64,000 nt of DNA. Source: a virus. The stretch is from positions 1 to 64,000 of the IMG/VR virus record IMGVR_UViG_3300025810_000004, one strand, 5' to 3'. The notes beneath the pieces were generated by a model, which did not search any database, was not told where the DNA came from, and was given only the letters and a program-made list of their open reading frames with translations. Shown here piece by piece: positions 48,003 through 57,854 of this stretch (positions within the stretch are counted from its first letter, which is position 1; the number at the start of each line of letters is the position of its first letter). The position numbers and the translations under genes were made by a program.

Positions 48003-50233
48003 GTGTCAGTACCTTCAGCGGAAGAGTCCAGACCGTGCACTACAGCAGCGGTGACTTCCACATCGTGAAGGTTCGGTCCGACGACGGGACCATCATCACT
48101 GCCAAGGGCAACTTCCCCCTCCAGACCATCAGTATAGGGACTTGGGTTTCCTTTGAGGGGAAATGGTCCAAGCATGACACCTATGGCAAGCAGGTCTCTG
48201 TCACCAAGAGTCCTGTGGACAGCGGTGAATGGGATGACCCGAAGGTTCTCAGCGTCCTGAGTTCCAACGGGGTCGGTCCCGGAGTCCGCGCAAGTCTTCG
48301 GACCGTAGCCTCCATCAAGAACCAGAGTCTGTACGACCTGTTGAATGGGGGCGACCTGACTGAGAGCGACCTCGACGAGTTCACCCAAGAATTCGTCCTA
48401 TCCCGCTGGAACAGCACCCGCACCCTGTTCGAAGCCGCCCACTTCCTCGCCAACTCTGGGGTCCCCTCCAAGGTCGCTGGTAGCGTCTGGAGGATTCTCG
48501 GAGACGAGCTTGAGAGCAAGATCACCGAAGACCCCTGGGTTCTCGTTCGGGTGCCGGGAATCACCTTCACTCAGGCAGACGAGGTGGCGGTCAGGCTTGG
48601 GGTCCCCTTGACCAACCCAGGCAGGATCAGAGGTGCCGTTCTTTCCTCCGTTTCCTCGATCTACAGGGACGGGCACTCCTTCGCCAGCCCCGGTCAGGTC
48701 GTGTACAAGGTCAACTCCATGGTGCCGGGTGGGAGCTGTTCCAACGCCGACATAGCCAACGCTATCAAGCAGTTGTGCGAACAGAAGAAACTCACTTTGG
48801 AAAGGAAGCTGGGGGAGTCCTCAGCGCTGTACGACCCTTGGGTTGAGGATATGGAGGTCTTCTGTGCCCAAGAGTTTGTGAGCAGGTGTAGCGCCGAGAG
48901 CGGTATAGACCGTGAAGTTGCTGAGGAAGAGGTCAGGAAGTGGTCTGCGGGCCGCAGTATGTCCCTGACTGATACTCAGGTCAAAGCGGCTGTTGACTCT
49001 GTGGTCGAGTCTGTTTCTATTCTCACCGGGCTCCCCGGAACCGGAAAGACAACTACCCTGCAAGCCGTGGTTTCGGTTCTGAAAGACCTCTCTGTCCCCT
49101 ATCTTCTGGTCGCTCCCACTGGTATCGCTGCGAAGCGAATGGCCAATGTGACCGGGTCTGGGGCTTCCACCGTTCACCGGGCCTTCTCTGCCAAGGGTTT
49201 CAGCACCGAGGACAGGGACCACTCCTACGTTGGTATTACCAGCAGTTCCTCTTCCGAGGACACCTCAAGCACCAAGGACCAAGTTTGGGAATTCGGTCCT
49301 GAAAACCCCCACCCCGCAGACGTCATCATCGTTGACGAGAGTTCGATGGTGGACCTCCACATGCTCTACCGCATTCTCATGGGGACCAAGAAGGACTGTC
49401 GAATAGTCATGGTGGGCGACCCCTATCAGCTTCCCTCCGTTGGGGCTGGGGACGTTCTTCGAAGTCTGGTCAAATCCGGGCGATTTTGCCACACTCACCT
49501 GTCTGATATCTTCCGGCAGGAGAACACCTCCGATATTATCGCGGCGGCACACGACATCCACGTCGGCAAGACCCCCAAGATTTCCGGCAGCAAGGATTTC
49601 AAGCTCATACCCTGCAATTCTGAGTCTGAAGCTTGCGACATCATCAAGGCCGTCAGCTCGCGGCTTTTCGAAGCCAAGCGGAATTTTCAGGTTCTGTCCC
49701 CCAGACACATGGGCGACGCCGGGGTCACCAACCTCAACGAGGTTTTGAGGGTCGCCATCAACCCACCCTCCTTTGGCTCCAAAGAGTGTCGGGTCATGGG
49801 GTCTGTTATACGGGAAGGCGACCGGATCATGGTCACCAAGAACGACTACAACAAGGGTGTATACAACGGTGACGTGGGGAAAGTGTCGAGGATCGACAGG
49901 AGGGCAAAGGAGATAGAGCTGAGGATCTTCTCCGGTGGGGGAGTCAGGGATTTGCTTGTCAGATATCCGTACACCAAGGGGCCTATTCCTGTTCGCCTCG
50001 CCTATGCCCAGACGGTCCACAAAAGCCAGGGGCAGGAGTACGACACCATTGTTCTTCCCATCATGGGTTCGTTCGGGAGGCAGCTCCAGAGGAACCTTAT
50101 CTACACCGCTGTGACCCGTGCCAAAAAGAAAGTCATCCTGGTCGGCGAAGAGTCCGCTCTCACCAAAGCCGTTCTGAACGATGTGCAGGACAGCCGAAAC
50201 TCGTTGCTGGCTGAGAGGATAAGGAGGGTCTGA
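47999..50233 (+). CDS. recD2: RecD2-like SF1B helicase
   Basis: GLPGTGKTT, APTGIAAKR, VDESSM, GDPYQLPSVG, AYA.TVHKSQGQE, YTAVTRA; N-terminal OB/HhH region. Confidence 0.92.
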   Translation: MSVSTFSGRVQTVHYSSGDFHIVKVRSDDGTIITAKGNFPLQTISIGTWVSFEGKWSKHDTYGKQVSVTKSPVDSGEWDDPKVLSVLSSNGVGPGVRASLRTVASIKNQSLYDLLNGGDLTESDLDEFTQEFVLSRWNSTRTLFEAAHFLANSGVPSKVAGSVWRILGDELESKITEDPWVLVRVPGITFTQADEVAVRLGVPLTNPGRIRGAVLSSVSSIYRDGHSFASPGQVVYKVNSMVPGGSCSNADIANAIKQLCEQKKLTLERKLGESSALYDPWVEDMEVFCAQEFVSRCSAESGIDREVAEEEVRKWSAGRSMSLTDTQVKAAVDSVVESVSILTGLPGTGKTTTLQAVVSVLKDLSVPYLLVAPTGIAAKRMANVTGSGASTVHRAFSAKGFSTEDRDHSYVGITSSSSSEDTSSTKDQVWEFGPENPHPADVIIVDESSMVDLHMLYRILMGTKKDCRIVMVGDPYQLPSVGAGDVLRSLVKSGRFCHTHLSDIFRQENTSDIIAAAHDIHVGKTPKISGSKDFKLIPCNSESEACDIIKAVSSRLFEAKRNFQVLSPRHMGDAGVTNLNEVLRVAINPPSFGSKECRVMGSVIREGDRIMVTKNDYNKGVYNGDVGKVSRIDRRAKEIELRIFSGGGVRDLLVRYPYTKGPIPVRLAYAQTVHKSQGQEYDTIVLPIMGSFGRQLQRNLIYTAVTRAKKKVILVGEESALTKAVLNDVQDSRNSLLAERIRRV

Positions 50234-50270
50234 TGTGCCTGTATAACTCTCCATCATTGGAGGTTTAGTC

Positions 50271-50672
50271 ATGAACCGAAAGAAGCAGATTCAGGATGCG
50301 GTCAACCGCGTGAAGGGTGGTCTCACCATCACCAAGGTCACCAGCACCCGTGCGGTGAAGACGAAGAAATCGGGTGACTTCTTCGTTGGTATGAGCGCCG
50401 CCTGGAACAGCGTTCAGGACGACGCCGGGGGCATGGGGGCAGACGAGGATCTGACCCTCACCACTCAGGAGCAGTCTTCGGCTGGTATGTCGATCATCGA
50501 CGCCCAGATTGCTCAGCAGATCCTCAACAAGGAAGCCTCCATCGCCGCTTGGCGGAGTGCCCTGACCGAGGGCGCTATCTCGGAGAACGCTTTCCACGCC
50601 AAGGTTCGAGAGATCCGGGCCAACACCATCGCCCACATCGACCGCATTCTGCCGGAAGGTGGAAATGACTGA
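50271..50672 (+). CDS. Hypothetical protein
   Basis: GGAGG RBS. Confidence 0.65.
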   Translation: MNRKKQIQDAVNRVKGGLTITKVTSTRAVKTKKSGDFFVGMSAAWNSVQDDAGGMGADEDLTLTTQEQSSAGMSIIDAQIAQQILNKEASIAAWRSALTEGAISENAFHAKVREIRANTIAHIDRILPEGGND

Positions 50673-51483
50673 TTCCACCCTCCCCACTCTGGAACCCTCC
50701 TTCTTGGACTCTGTGTTCTCCAGATTGGCCACCATGGAGGTGGAACTGGACGGAGACCCTCTCCAGTTCGGCCCCAAGCGTCTGAACGGAAAGATCGCCA
50801 CGGCAAGGGGTATGCTCACCGAGTGCGAGCGGATCTACTTGCACGTGTCCCAGCTTCTGCAGAATTTCAAGACCAGCCACAGGACTCTGGAACTTGAATT
50901 CGACATCGACAAGAAGCACCTGTACGCCAACGACCCGGAGGTCATGGCTGGTCGGAATGTTGCCGACCGTGACGCCATCGCGACCGGGAAGCTGCTGGAG
51001 CAGGCCAGAGAACTCAACAACCTTGCCAAGAGCCTGTCCAACCTCGAAGCTGTGCTTTCGGTTGTGAAGTCCAAACGGGCCGATTTGAAGGACTTGCAGG
51101 GACGGATTCGCGACCAGATCAAGCTGTGCCACGAGGAAATCGGGCTGGGGGCAAAGTGGGGAAGCAAACCCCCTCCCGGCACCGAAGTCCCTGACCTCGA
51201 CAACACCCCGAAGGTTCCCAAGCAGACCATTCGGGATCTGCAGGACCTGTTCTCCGGTTCCAAGGCACCGGAGGTCACGGATTCAGAGGTCATAGCCCCG
51301 GACCCACAGGAATCGGCAGAGGAATCCACTCCCGCCCCCAACGACTCCGAAGAGGAGTTTGCTGGTGACAAATCGGATGAAGTCATGGACTCCTTCCTCG
51401 ATGCCATCAAGGACCACTCCAACGGGACGAAGAGTGCTTCCCCCGATAGCATTGAGAGCATCCTCGAAAGCATGAACCTGTGA
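50665..51483 (+). CDS. Coiled-coil protein with acidic tail, possibly a UvsY-like recombination mediator
   Basis: Helical hairpin with NVADRDA; lies next to the SSB-like and recA genes. Confidence 0.4.
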   Translation: MTDSTLPTLEPSFLDSVFSRLATMEVELDGDPLQFGPKRLNGKIATARGMLTECERIYLHVSQLLQNFKTSHRTLELEFDIDKKHLYANDPEVMAGRNVADRDAIATGKLLEQARELNNLAKSLSNLEAVLSVVKSKRADLKDLQGRIRDQIKLCHEEIGLGAKWGSKPPPGTEVPDLDNTPKVPKQTIRDLQDLFSGSKAPEVTDSEVIAPDPQESAEESTPAPNDSEEEFAGDKSDEVMDSFLDAIKDHSNGTKSASPDSIESILESMNL

Positions 51484-51579
51484 TGGGGGGTATGTCCTCT
51501 CCACACAGGATGTAACAAAATCTCGGCGCAACTGCAGAAACAGCCAAGCGCTTAAACTCAAACCGGAGAATTCCACATC

Positions 51580-52296
51580 ATGCCTGTCACCACTTTCACG
51601 TTCGGTCAGGACGACAACAACATCGGCAAGAAGGTCACTCGCTTCAAGGGTGAAACTGGCCGCACCTACCTCGTCTCCTTCGTGTCCTTCACGGACTACG
51701 GCGAAGACGGACTCCCCGCAGAGGGCGCGAACCCCGCCTTCGCCTCCGCCCACCGTATCTACAAGCAGGGCGTGGGCCACGTCATCGTGGACGACGCCAA
51801 CAAGTCGGCCATGGAGGCCCTCTTGAAGAAGGAGGCCCGCCACTACGTCGGCACCGTTCTGTGTGTCTGGCCCACCGACCGTCAGGGCGAGCTGGACGTC
51901 GAGTCCTTCAAGAAGGGCAAGGGATACAAGATCATGCCTTGGATCCTCTCGGCCACCCGCTACCCCGACCTCGCTCGCTGCCACAAGAAGTTCCCGCTTC
52001 CGAAGCACGACCTGTCCATGACCTGCAGCGACGGGCAGTACCAGTCGTTCACCATGGTCTCCGACCCGAAGTGCTGCCTCCGCATGTACCTCGATTCGAA
52101 GAACGAGGGCTTCCAGAAGATCGGTGCCAACATCGTCGCAGAGGCTCGCAAGGTCTTCGACAAGATCGGTCGTGAGTTCGGTCGGGAGATGACCTTGGAC
52201 GAGGTCCGCGAGGCGCTGGGAGAGGAGGTTTCCTCCCCCACCAACTCCACCTCTGCCGAGCAGATGGAGTCCATGCTGGACGACCTCGAAATCTGA
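51580..52296 (+). CDS. Single-stranded DNA-binding protein (gp32-like)
   Basis: Acidic C-terminal tail ending LDDLEI; HDL...C....YQ.F pattern; C/T-biased codons; replication context. Confidence 0.6.
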   Translation: MPVTTFTFGQDDNNIGKKVTRFKGETGRTYLVSFVSFTDYGEDGLPAEGANPAFASAHRIYKQGVGHVIVDDANKSAMEALLKKEARHYVGTVLCVWPTDRQGELDVESFKKGKGYKIMPWILSATRYPDLARCHKKFPLPKHDLSMTCSDGQYQSFTMVSDPKCCLRMYLDSKNEGFQKIGANIVAEARKVFDKIGREFGREMTLDEVREALGEEVSSPTNSTSAEQMESMLDDLEI

Positions 52297-52304
52297 GGCC
52301 CCAG

Positions 52305-52952
52305 ATGAAAGTATTGGGGCTCGACCCATCCCTGACCAACTACGGATGGGCAGTACTCGATACTACCGCCCCCTCTGGCCACCGGGACAGGTGTGTCAGC
52401 AGGGGGCGTTTCCGTACCAAGTCCAGTATGGAATTCGTGGAGCGATACTGCTTCTTCCGCACCAGTCTTCAAAACCTGCTGGACGAACACAAACCGGACA
52501 GAGTCGGGATTGAGTTCCCCGTATTCGACAGCATGTTCTCTTCTGGAATGTACGGTCTTTTCCTGTACTCCTGTGAGGCTCTGAAATCCAGGGGTATGGA
52601 CACGGTTTTCTGGTCCCCGCCTCAGGTCAAAGCCCACGCCAGGGATTCCATCGACCGACCACCAAAGTGGCCTATGGACAAGGCCGATATGGTGGAGGCA
52701 GCACAGAAGGACTGTGATGCCAGGATGAACCATAACGAAGCGGACGCTTATCTGATAGCCGTCCTCTCCGCGAGGTTTTGGGGGTTCTACGACGGGAACA
52801 TCTTCGAAGGGGATTTGACGAAGACCGAGAATCGGTATTTCAACAGGGTCCACACATACGTGCGGGGCAAAAAAGCTGGCAAGACTGTCAAGCGGGGTGT
52901 TGTTCACCGCGAGAATGACAGGTTCTTTTTGTGGTCCAACACCTCAAAATAG
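52305..52952 (+). CDS. ruvC: RuvC-like Holliday junction resolvase
   Basis: LGLDPSL..YGW, IE, P.QVK, K..M and EADA motifs. Confidence 0.85.
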   Translation: MKVLGLDPSLTNYGWAVLDTTAPSGHRDRCVSRGRFRTKSSMEFVERYCFFRTSLQNLLDEHKPDRVGIEFPVFDSMFSSGMYGLFLYSCEALKSRGMDTVFWSPPQVKAHARDSIDRPPKWPMDKADMVEAAQKDCDARMNHNEADAYLIAVLSARFWGFYDGNIFEGDLTKTENRYFNRVHTYVRGKKAGKTVKRGVVHRENDRFFLWSNTSK

Positions 52953-52961
52953 GAAAACACC

Positions 52962-54146
52962 ATGGCAACACCAAGCAAGAACAAGGGAACCAGATTCCGC
53001 GATATGCAGGACGACCCCATCACCAAGATGAGGGAACACCTCCGGAAGAAGCGGGGCAAGGAATACGAGAACATCCGGGTCGCACTCAACGACGACGTGC
53101 TGAAGCAGAGTCTCCCCCACATCAGCTCCGGTTCGATCACCATCGACTTTCTGATTGGTGGGGAACCCAACATGTTTGGGGTCGCACCCTGTCCGGGGTT
53201 CCCCCGTGGTCGTGTCGCTCAGGTCTGGGGTCACGAGTCCGCAGGAAAGACCACTCTTTGCTTGGAAGCCGTTGCTGAGGTTTGCCGCCAGGGAGGGACG
53301 GCAGTCTACATCGATTGGGAGAACGACATTGTCCCCGATTATGCCGCAGCCCTGGGTGTCCCCATCAACGACGAGTCCAAATTCGAGCTTCTTCAGCCGG
53401 AAACGTTGGAAGACGGAATCAAGTATGCCATGGCATTCGCAGCCGCTGGTGTGGACTTGGTCGTATTTGACTCCGTTGGTTCTGCTGTTCCGAGGCGCAT
53501 CGCTGAGCGTGACGCCATGGAAGTGGCAGAGCAGGGGAAGATCGCGGAACTCCAGTCAATCTGGTCTCAGGAACTCCCCAACCTCAAGAATCTGATTGCC
53601 CAGACCGGAACCGCAATCGTTGGAATCTCCCAGGTCCGAGCTACCATGGCTCAGATGGGTAAGAAGACCAAGCCCCAGGGTGGTAACGCTTGGAAGTTCT
53701 ATTCTTCTGTTCGTCTGGAATTGACTCGCATCAAGAACGAGAAGTCCAAGGAGCACAACTTCCTCACCCACCGCGCCGACGAGCGGGTCATCGGTGGCAT
53801 CATCCGGGCTACTGCCATCAAGAACAAACTCTCCAAGTCGCAGGGTCGACAGGAACTGTTCTACATTCGTTGGGGGGAGGGTATCGACAACATCCGCACC
53901 CTGATTGAAATCGCCAAGGCACACGGAATCATCAAGGCTTCTGGTTCTTGGCTGAATTGGGAAGACGGACCTGACGGGCCCATTAAGGTTCTCGGGGTGG
54001 AAAAGTTCCGCAAGCACTTTGTGGATAACGAGGCCCATCGCGATGCCCTCCACCAGAGGGTAACTCCGCTGCTTGGGGCTGGTAAATCCCTGGAGGGCTT
54101 CGAAGAGGACTCCGAAGAGGAAGAATTCGGCGGGCTGGACATCTGA
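52962..54146 (+). CDS. recA: RecA recombinase
   Basis: GHESAGKTT, YIDWE, VFDSV, SQVR, GGNAWKFYSSVR, KNK. Confidence 0.93.
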   Translation: MATPSKNKGTRFRDMQDDPITKMREHLRKKRGKEYENIRVALNDDVLKQSLPHISSGSITIDFLIGGEPNMFGVAPCPGFPRGRVAQVWGHESAGKTTLCLEAVAEVCRQGGTAVYIDWENDIVPDYAAALGVPINDESKFELLQPETLEDGIKYAMAFAAAGVDLVVFDSVGSAVPRRIAERDAMEVAEQGKIAELQSIWSQELPNLKNLIAQTGTAIVGISQVRATMAQMGKKTKPQGGNAWKFYSSVRLELTRIKNEKSKEHNFLTHRADERVIGGIIRATAIKNKLSKSQGRQELFYIRWGEGIDNIRTLIEIAKAHGIIKASGSWLNWEDGPDGPIKVLGVEKFRKHFVDNEAHRDALHQRVTPLLGAGKSLEGFEEDSEEEEFGGLDI

Positions 54147-54154
54147 GGTGAGTG

Positions 54155-55375
54155 ATGGCCGTTGAAGTCAGAATCAAAAATTTCCAGTCCATTGAAGACG
54201 CGACCTTGGTTGTGGACGGACTAACGGTCATAACTGGAATCAACAATAGTGGCAAGACAGCCGCTATCAGAGCCATCAAGGGGGTTTTCACCAACCCCCC
54301 TGCTGGTGCTCTCGTGCGTCACGGTTGTGCTTACCTCAGCGTAACCCTCGTATTTGATGATGGCACAACCGTGACTTGGGAGAAGGGCTGGGAGAAACCC
54401 AACCAGAAGGGCAAGACCATCAACAGGTATCTGTTGAATGGGAAAGAACTGGCTGGGGTCGGGAGTGGCGTCCCACCGGAGGTGGAAGACCTGGGGGTCA
54501 AAGAGGTCAGGGCGGCTTCCGACAGGATCTGGCCACAGATCGCGGATCAATTCGATGGCTCTTTGTTCTTGGTCAACAGGCCCGGTTCGGCTACCGCAGA
54601 GGCTCTGTCTGACGTGGAGCGAGTGGGTTCGCTGACGGCGGCGCTGAAAGCCTCGGAGAAGGACAAAAGGTCCGTGGACTCCGAGTTGAAGATTCGCAGG
54701 AAGGACGTCCAGGAACAGACCGAAGAGTTGTCGAAGTATGATGGTCTGGGAGAAGTGGGGGAATTGGTAGAGGACCTGTCCCTCATGGACACCACCATAA
54801 AGTCCAAGGAATCCGAGATCTCCAAGCTGGAGGGGCTGAAGTCCTCCTACGACGATTCCAGGACTTCTCACGATTTGTACTCTGATTTTGATACAGAGAT
54901 CGTTCCTGACCCAACCAGGGTTCAGAGACTCGGTAAGGCTGTGAGGAAGGTCACCGGATTGTCTTCCAGACTGGAATCCTCCACCAAGGACCTGGATCGA
55001 TTCGAAGGGTTCGTGTCCGTTTCCCTTCCAGATCCTTCGGGTCTGCAGACCCTATCGGACAGTATAGCCTCCGTACAAGGGTTCGCTTCGAAGCTGGGGG
55101 ACACAGAAGCCCTGCTTTCGAGTCTTGTGGGTTGTGAAGTGGAAATCCCGGATTCTGGGGAGGTCGAACGACTCAGCGAATCTTTGACCATGGTGTCGGG
55201 GTTCGTGGAATCCCTGGGTGCTCTCCAGAGGGAGATCCAGACACTGGGAGAATCCCTCACTCTTTGCCTTTCTGAATTTGAAGACTCGGAATCCGAAGTG
55301 TCCTCCATCTTGGGGGAAATGGGTATGTGCCCTGTTTGCAACACGGTACACTCCAACACAGGAGCTTCAGTATGA
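54155..55375 (+). CDS. Rad50/SbcC-like ATPase, N-terminal half ending in a Zn hook
   Basis: IKNFQSI, Walker A GINNSGKT, Q-loop QF, helical arm, terminal CPVC; no Walker B. Confidence 0.8.
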   Translation: MAVEVRIKNFQSIEDATLVVDGLTVITGINNSGKTAAIRAIKGVFTNPPAGALVRHGCAYLSVTLVFDDGTTVTWEKGWEKPNQKGKTINRYLLNGKELAGVGSGVPPEVEDLGVKEVRAASDRIWPQIADQFDGSLFLVNRPGSATAEALSDVERVGSLTAALKASEKDKRSVDSELKIRRKDVQEQTEELSKYDGLGEVGELVEDLSLMDTTIKSKESEISKLEGLKSSYDDSRTSHDLYSDFDTEIVPDPTRVQRLGKAVRKVTGLSSRLESSTKDLDRFEGFVSVSLPDPSGLQTLSDSIASVQGFASKLGDTEALLSSLVGCEVEIPDSGEVERLSESLTMVSGFVESLGALQREIQTLGESLTLCLSEFEDSESEVSSILGEMGMCPVCNTVHSNTGASV

Positions 55376-55578
55376 AAGTTAGCGTAAAGAAACTCTCGGT
55401 GGAAATACCCATCAAGAACAAGGGCATCGAGATCGAAGTTCGGGAAACAGACGGTTCCCACCTTGGGGATCTGGTCATCACCAAGTCCGGTTTGACCTGG
55501 TGCAAAGGCCGCACCCGCCGAGAAAATGGCAAGTTCGTTTCTTGGGGGAAGTTCATCGACCTCCTGTCGGGTGGGTGA
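55372..55578 (+). CDS. Small hypothetical protein (68 aa)
   Basis: AGGAG RBS; ATGA overlap with the upstream gene. Confidence 0.65.
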   Translation: MKVSVKKLSVEIPIKNKGIEIEVRETDGSHLGDLVITKSGLTWCKGRTRRENGKFVSWGKFIDLLSGG

Positions 55579-55581
55579 CCC

Positions 55582-56559
55582 GTGAGCATCAACCTCGTTT
55601 GGCGCACCGACGTTCACCTGTCCGACCGAGCACCCTCGTCCCGCACGGACGATTGGACCGATGCCGTGTTCGACAAACTCGGGCAAGTTCGTGACCTCGC
55701 CCGTGAGGTCAATGCCGCCGCTATCATCGACGGCGGTGACTTCTTCCACATCAAGTCCCCCGGTCGGAACAGCCATGCGCTCGTCAACCGGACGGCAGAG
55801 CACCACAGCACCTATCCGTGCCCGGTCTACTGCACACCGGGGAACCACGACTCCGTATACGGCGATTATTCTTTCCTGCCGCAGCAGCCTTTGGGCGTCC
55901 TGTACTCGACGGGCGTGTTCAAGCGGCTGTATGACGAACATGAGGCTGTGTTCCGTCGGTCTGGTGGGGTCACCGTCCGCGTGGTCGGTGTCCCGTACCA
56001 CGGCACGTCCTACGATATGGAGCGGTTCACCTCCATCGAGAAGGGCGACGAGGACATTCTGATCTGCGTGGCCCACGTGCTCGCCTCCCACAAGGGCGGC
56101 ACCATGTTTGAGGGCGAGGACATCATCAAATACGCCGACCTCTTGGACACCGCTCCCGATGTGTACCTGTTCGGCCACTGGCACAAGAACCAAGGCGTCG
56201 AGACTCTGGGAGGCAAGCAGTTCGTGAACATCGGCTCACTGACCCGTGGGTCGCTCTCGCAGGACAACCTCGATAGGATTCCTTCTGCGGCTGTGCTCCG
56301 CTGCACCGAGAAGGGGGTCGAGGTCGAGGTTGCACCACTCAACGTCCGTCCCGCAGAGGAAGTGTTTGACGTGGAGGGTCGGGAGCGACAGGTCAGGAGA
56401 CAGATGGAAATGGACTCGTTTGTGGACGCCATACGCGAGTCCCTGCAACCCCCCGAAGACGGCGAAACTCTCGCTGACGTGGTGGCTGGTATGGGCGACG
56501 TCCCCAACGAAGTGAAGGAGCGAGCCCTTTCCTATCTGGAGCACGTGGGTACAGTGTAG
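55582..56559 (+). CDS. Mre11/SbcD-like metallophosphoesterase nuclease
   Basis: TDVH, GGDFF, PGNHD, VAH and GHWH motifs. Confidence 0.9.
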   Translation: MSINLVWRTDVHLSDRAPSSRTDDWTDAVFDKLGQVRDLAREVNAAAIIDGGDFFHIKSPGRNSHALVNRTAEHHSTYPCPVYCTPGNHDSVYGDYSFLPQQPLGVLYSTGVFKRLYDEHEAVFRRSGGVTVRVVGVPYHGTSYDMERFTSIEKGDEDILICVAHVLASHKGGTMFEGEDIIKYADLLDTAPDVYLFGHWHKNQGVETLGGKQFVNIGSLTRGSLSQDNLDRIPSAAVLRCTEKGVEVEVAPLNVRPAEEVFDVEGRERQVRRQMEMDSFVDAIRESLQPPEDGETLADVVAGMGDVPNEVKERALSYLEHVGTV

Positions 56560-56575
56560 ACACTGGAGGTACCCC

Positions 56576-57529
56576 GTGAACGAGTCATCCACCTTATACT
56601 GGTCCCACTTCAAGATGTACGAGGATTGTCCTCAGCTACTCTTGTGGACAAAGGGCTGGGACGGGATAGACTGTGGGGGAGGCGTGGGAAGACCCAAGCC
56701 AAACCCGTCAGAGGATTCCAAAGAGCATGCTGTGATGGGAATAGCCATCCAGTACGCTGTGGAGAGGATGTACAACGGGGAGCTTTACAAGAACCCAAAG
56801 AACCTCCTCGAAACCATGCAGAAAATAGCCAGGGACGAGTTCGAAAGGCAGGAATCCAAGCCTCGCAACAACATCAACTGGCAAAACTCCAGGATAACCC
56901 GCGCTGAAGCTCTTCAAGTGGTGGAAGACGGGGTTCACGGCTATCTGAAGACCATGAAGGCCCATAGGTTTCTGGGTCCCTATGCCAAGGCGGAAGTCAA
57001 CATCTACGGCTGGATCAACAAGTGGACCTCCATCGGGGGGAGGGCCGACACCATAATCCGGCGTGACGACACTGGCATCACGATCATCGACGGCAAGAAC
57101 ACCAAATGGAAGATGAAGTACACCGACCCGGACCAGCTCCGGTGGTACGCCCTCTTGTTCAAGCTGTCGTACAACAAGATGCCAAACCGTCTTGCTTTCG
57201 TCTGGTATAGGTTCCCCCACGGAATGGTGACCCATGCCGAGGACGGGACCGAGGTGGTCGAGACTGGAGTGGAATGGGTCGACTTCGACGAAGAGGACCT
57301 GCAGGGTCTGGCGCAGCGCGTTCTGAAAGTGAAGAAGGCCATGAGGCAGGGGAAATTCGCCCCCAACCCCGTTCCTTCCAGGTGCAGACTGTGCGACTAC
57401 GAATCTGTCTGCCCTGAACGTCAGTCCCAGAGAGCCGCCAACGCCGCCAAGCGCAAGAAGAAGGCCCCGGTTGAGCTGGAAATAGACCCGACCAGAGAAG
57501 AAGGCGGGGTCAAGTTCTTCACCCTTTAG
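56576..57529 (+). CDS. Cas4/AddB-like PD-(D/E)XK exonuclease
   Basis: E...GRAD...IIDGK, QL.WY; one N-terminal Cys plus CRLCDY..VC, as in 4Fe-4S ligand sets. Confidence 0.85.
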   Translation: MNESSTLYWSHFKMYEDCPQLLLWTKGWDGIDCGGGVGRPKPNPSEDSKEHAVMGIAIQYAVERMYNGELYKNPKNLLETMQKIARDEFERQESKPRNNINWQNSRITRAEALQVVEDGVHGYLKTMKAHRFLGPYAKAEVNIYGWINKWTSIGGRADTIIRRDDTGITIIDGKNTKWKMKYTDPDQLRWYALLFKLSYNKMPNRLAFVWYRFPHGMVTHAEDGTEVVETGVEWVDFDEEDLQGLAQRVLKVKKAMRQGKFAPNPVPSRCRLCDYESVCPERQSQRAANAAKRKKKAPVELEIDPTREEGGVKFFTL

Positions 57530-57579
57530 GGGTGCGGAGGGTTATTTTCCGTTGTAATTTGGACAAAACGAGGTTAATT

Positions 57580-57852
57580 ATGGAAGAGACCCTTGACGAT
57601 GACACCAGACTCAAACTCGCCATCGAGAAGAGGGACAAGCTTCAGGCGAAGTCCCAGAAGATCGCTGGAAAGAAGGAAGCAGCAGCTTCGCGTCTGGAGG
57701 CCGTCAGGAAAGAGATCTCCGACAACAATCTCGACCCCGACACCCTCTCTGAAACCCTGCAGAAGTTGAAGTCCGCTCTGAGATCCTCGCTCGAAGAATT
57801 CGAGTCGAAGCTGGAGGACGCCGCCTCTGCCCTTGAAAAGTACGAGGCATAA
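57580..57852 (+). CDS. Small coiled-coil protein
   Basis: GAGG RBS; heptad-like composition. Confidence 0.6.
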   Translation: MEETLDDDTRLKLAIEKRDKLQAKSQKIAGKKEAAASRLEAVRKEISDNNLDPDTLSETLQKLKSALRSSLEEFESKLEDAASALEKYEA

Positions 57853-57854
57853 CC

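Noticed and set aside
34464-56193. Other long antisense ORFs (34464..35669, 36462..37781, 43893..45194, 49265..50272, 54922..56193)
   Set aside because: Each fully overlaps a better-supported gene on the opposite strand; expected from high GC3.
56576-57529. Cas4 as part of a CRISPR system
   Set aside because: No array or cas1/cas2; stand-alone Cas4-like nucleases are ordinary in phage recombination modules.
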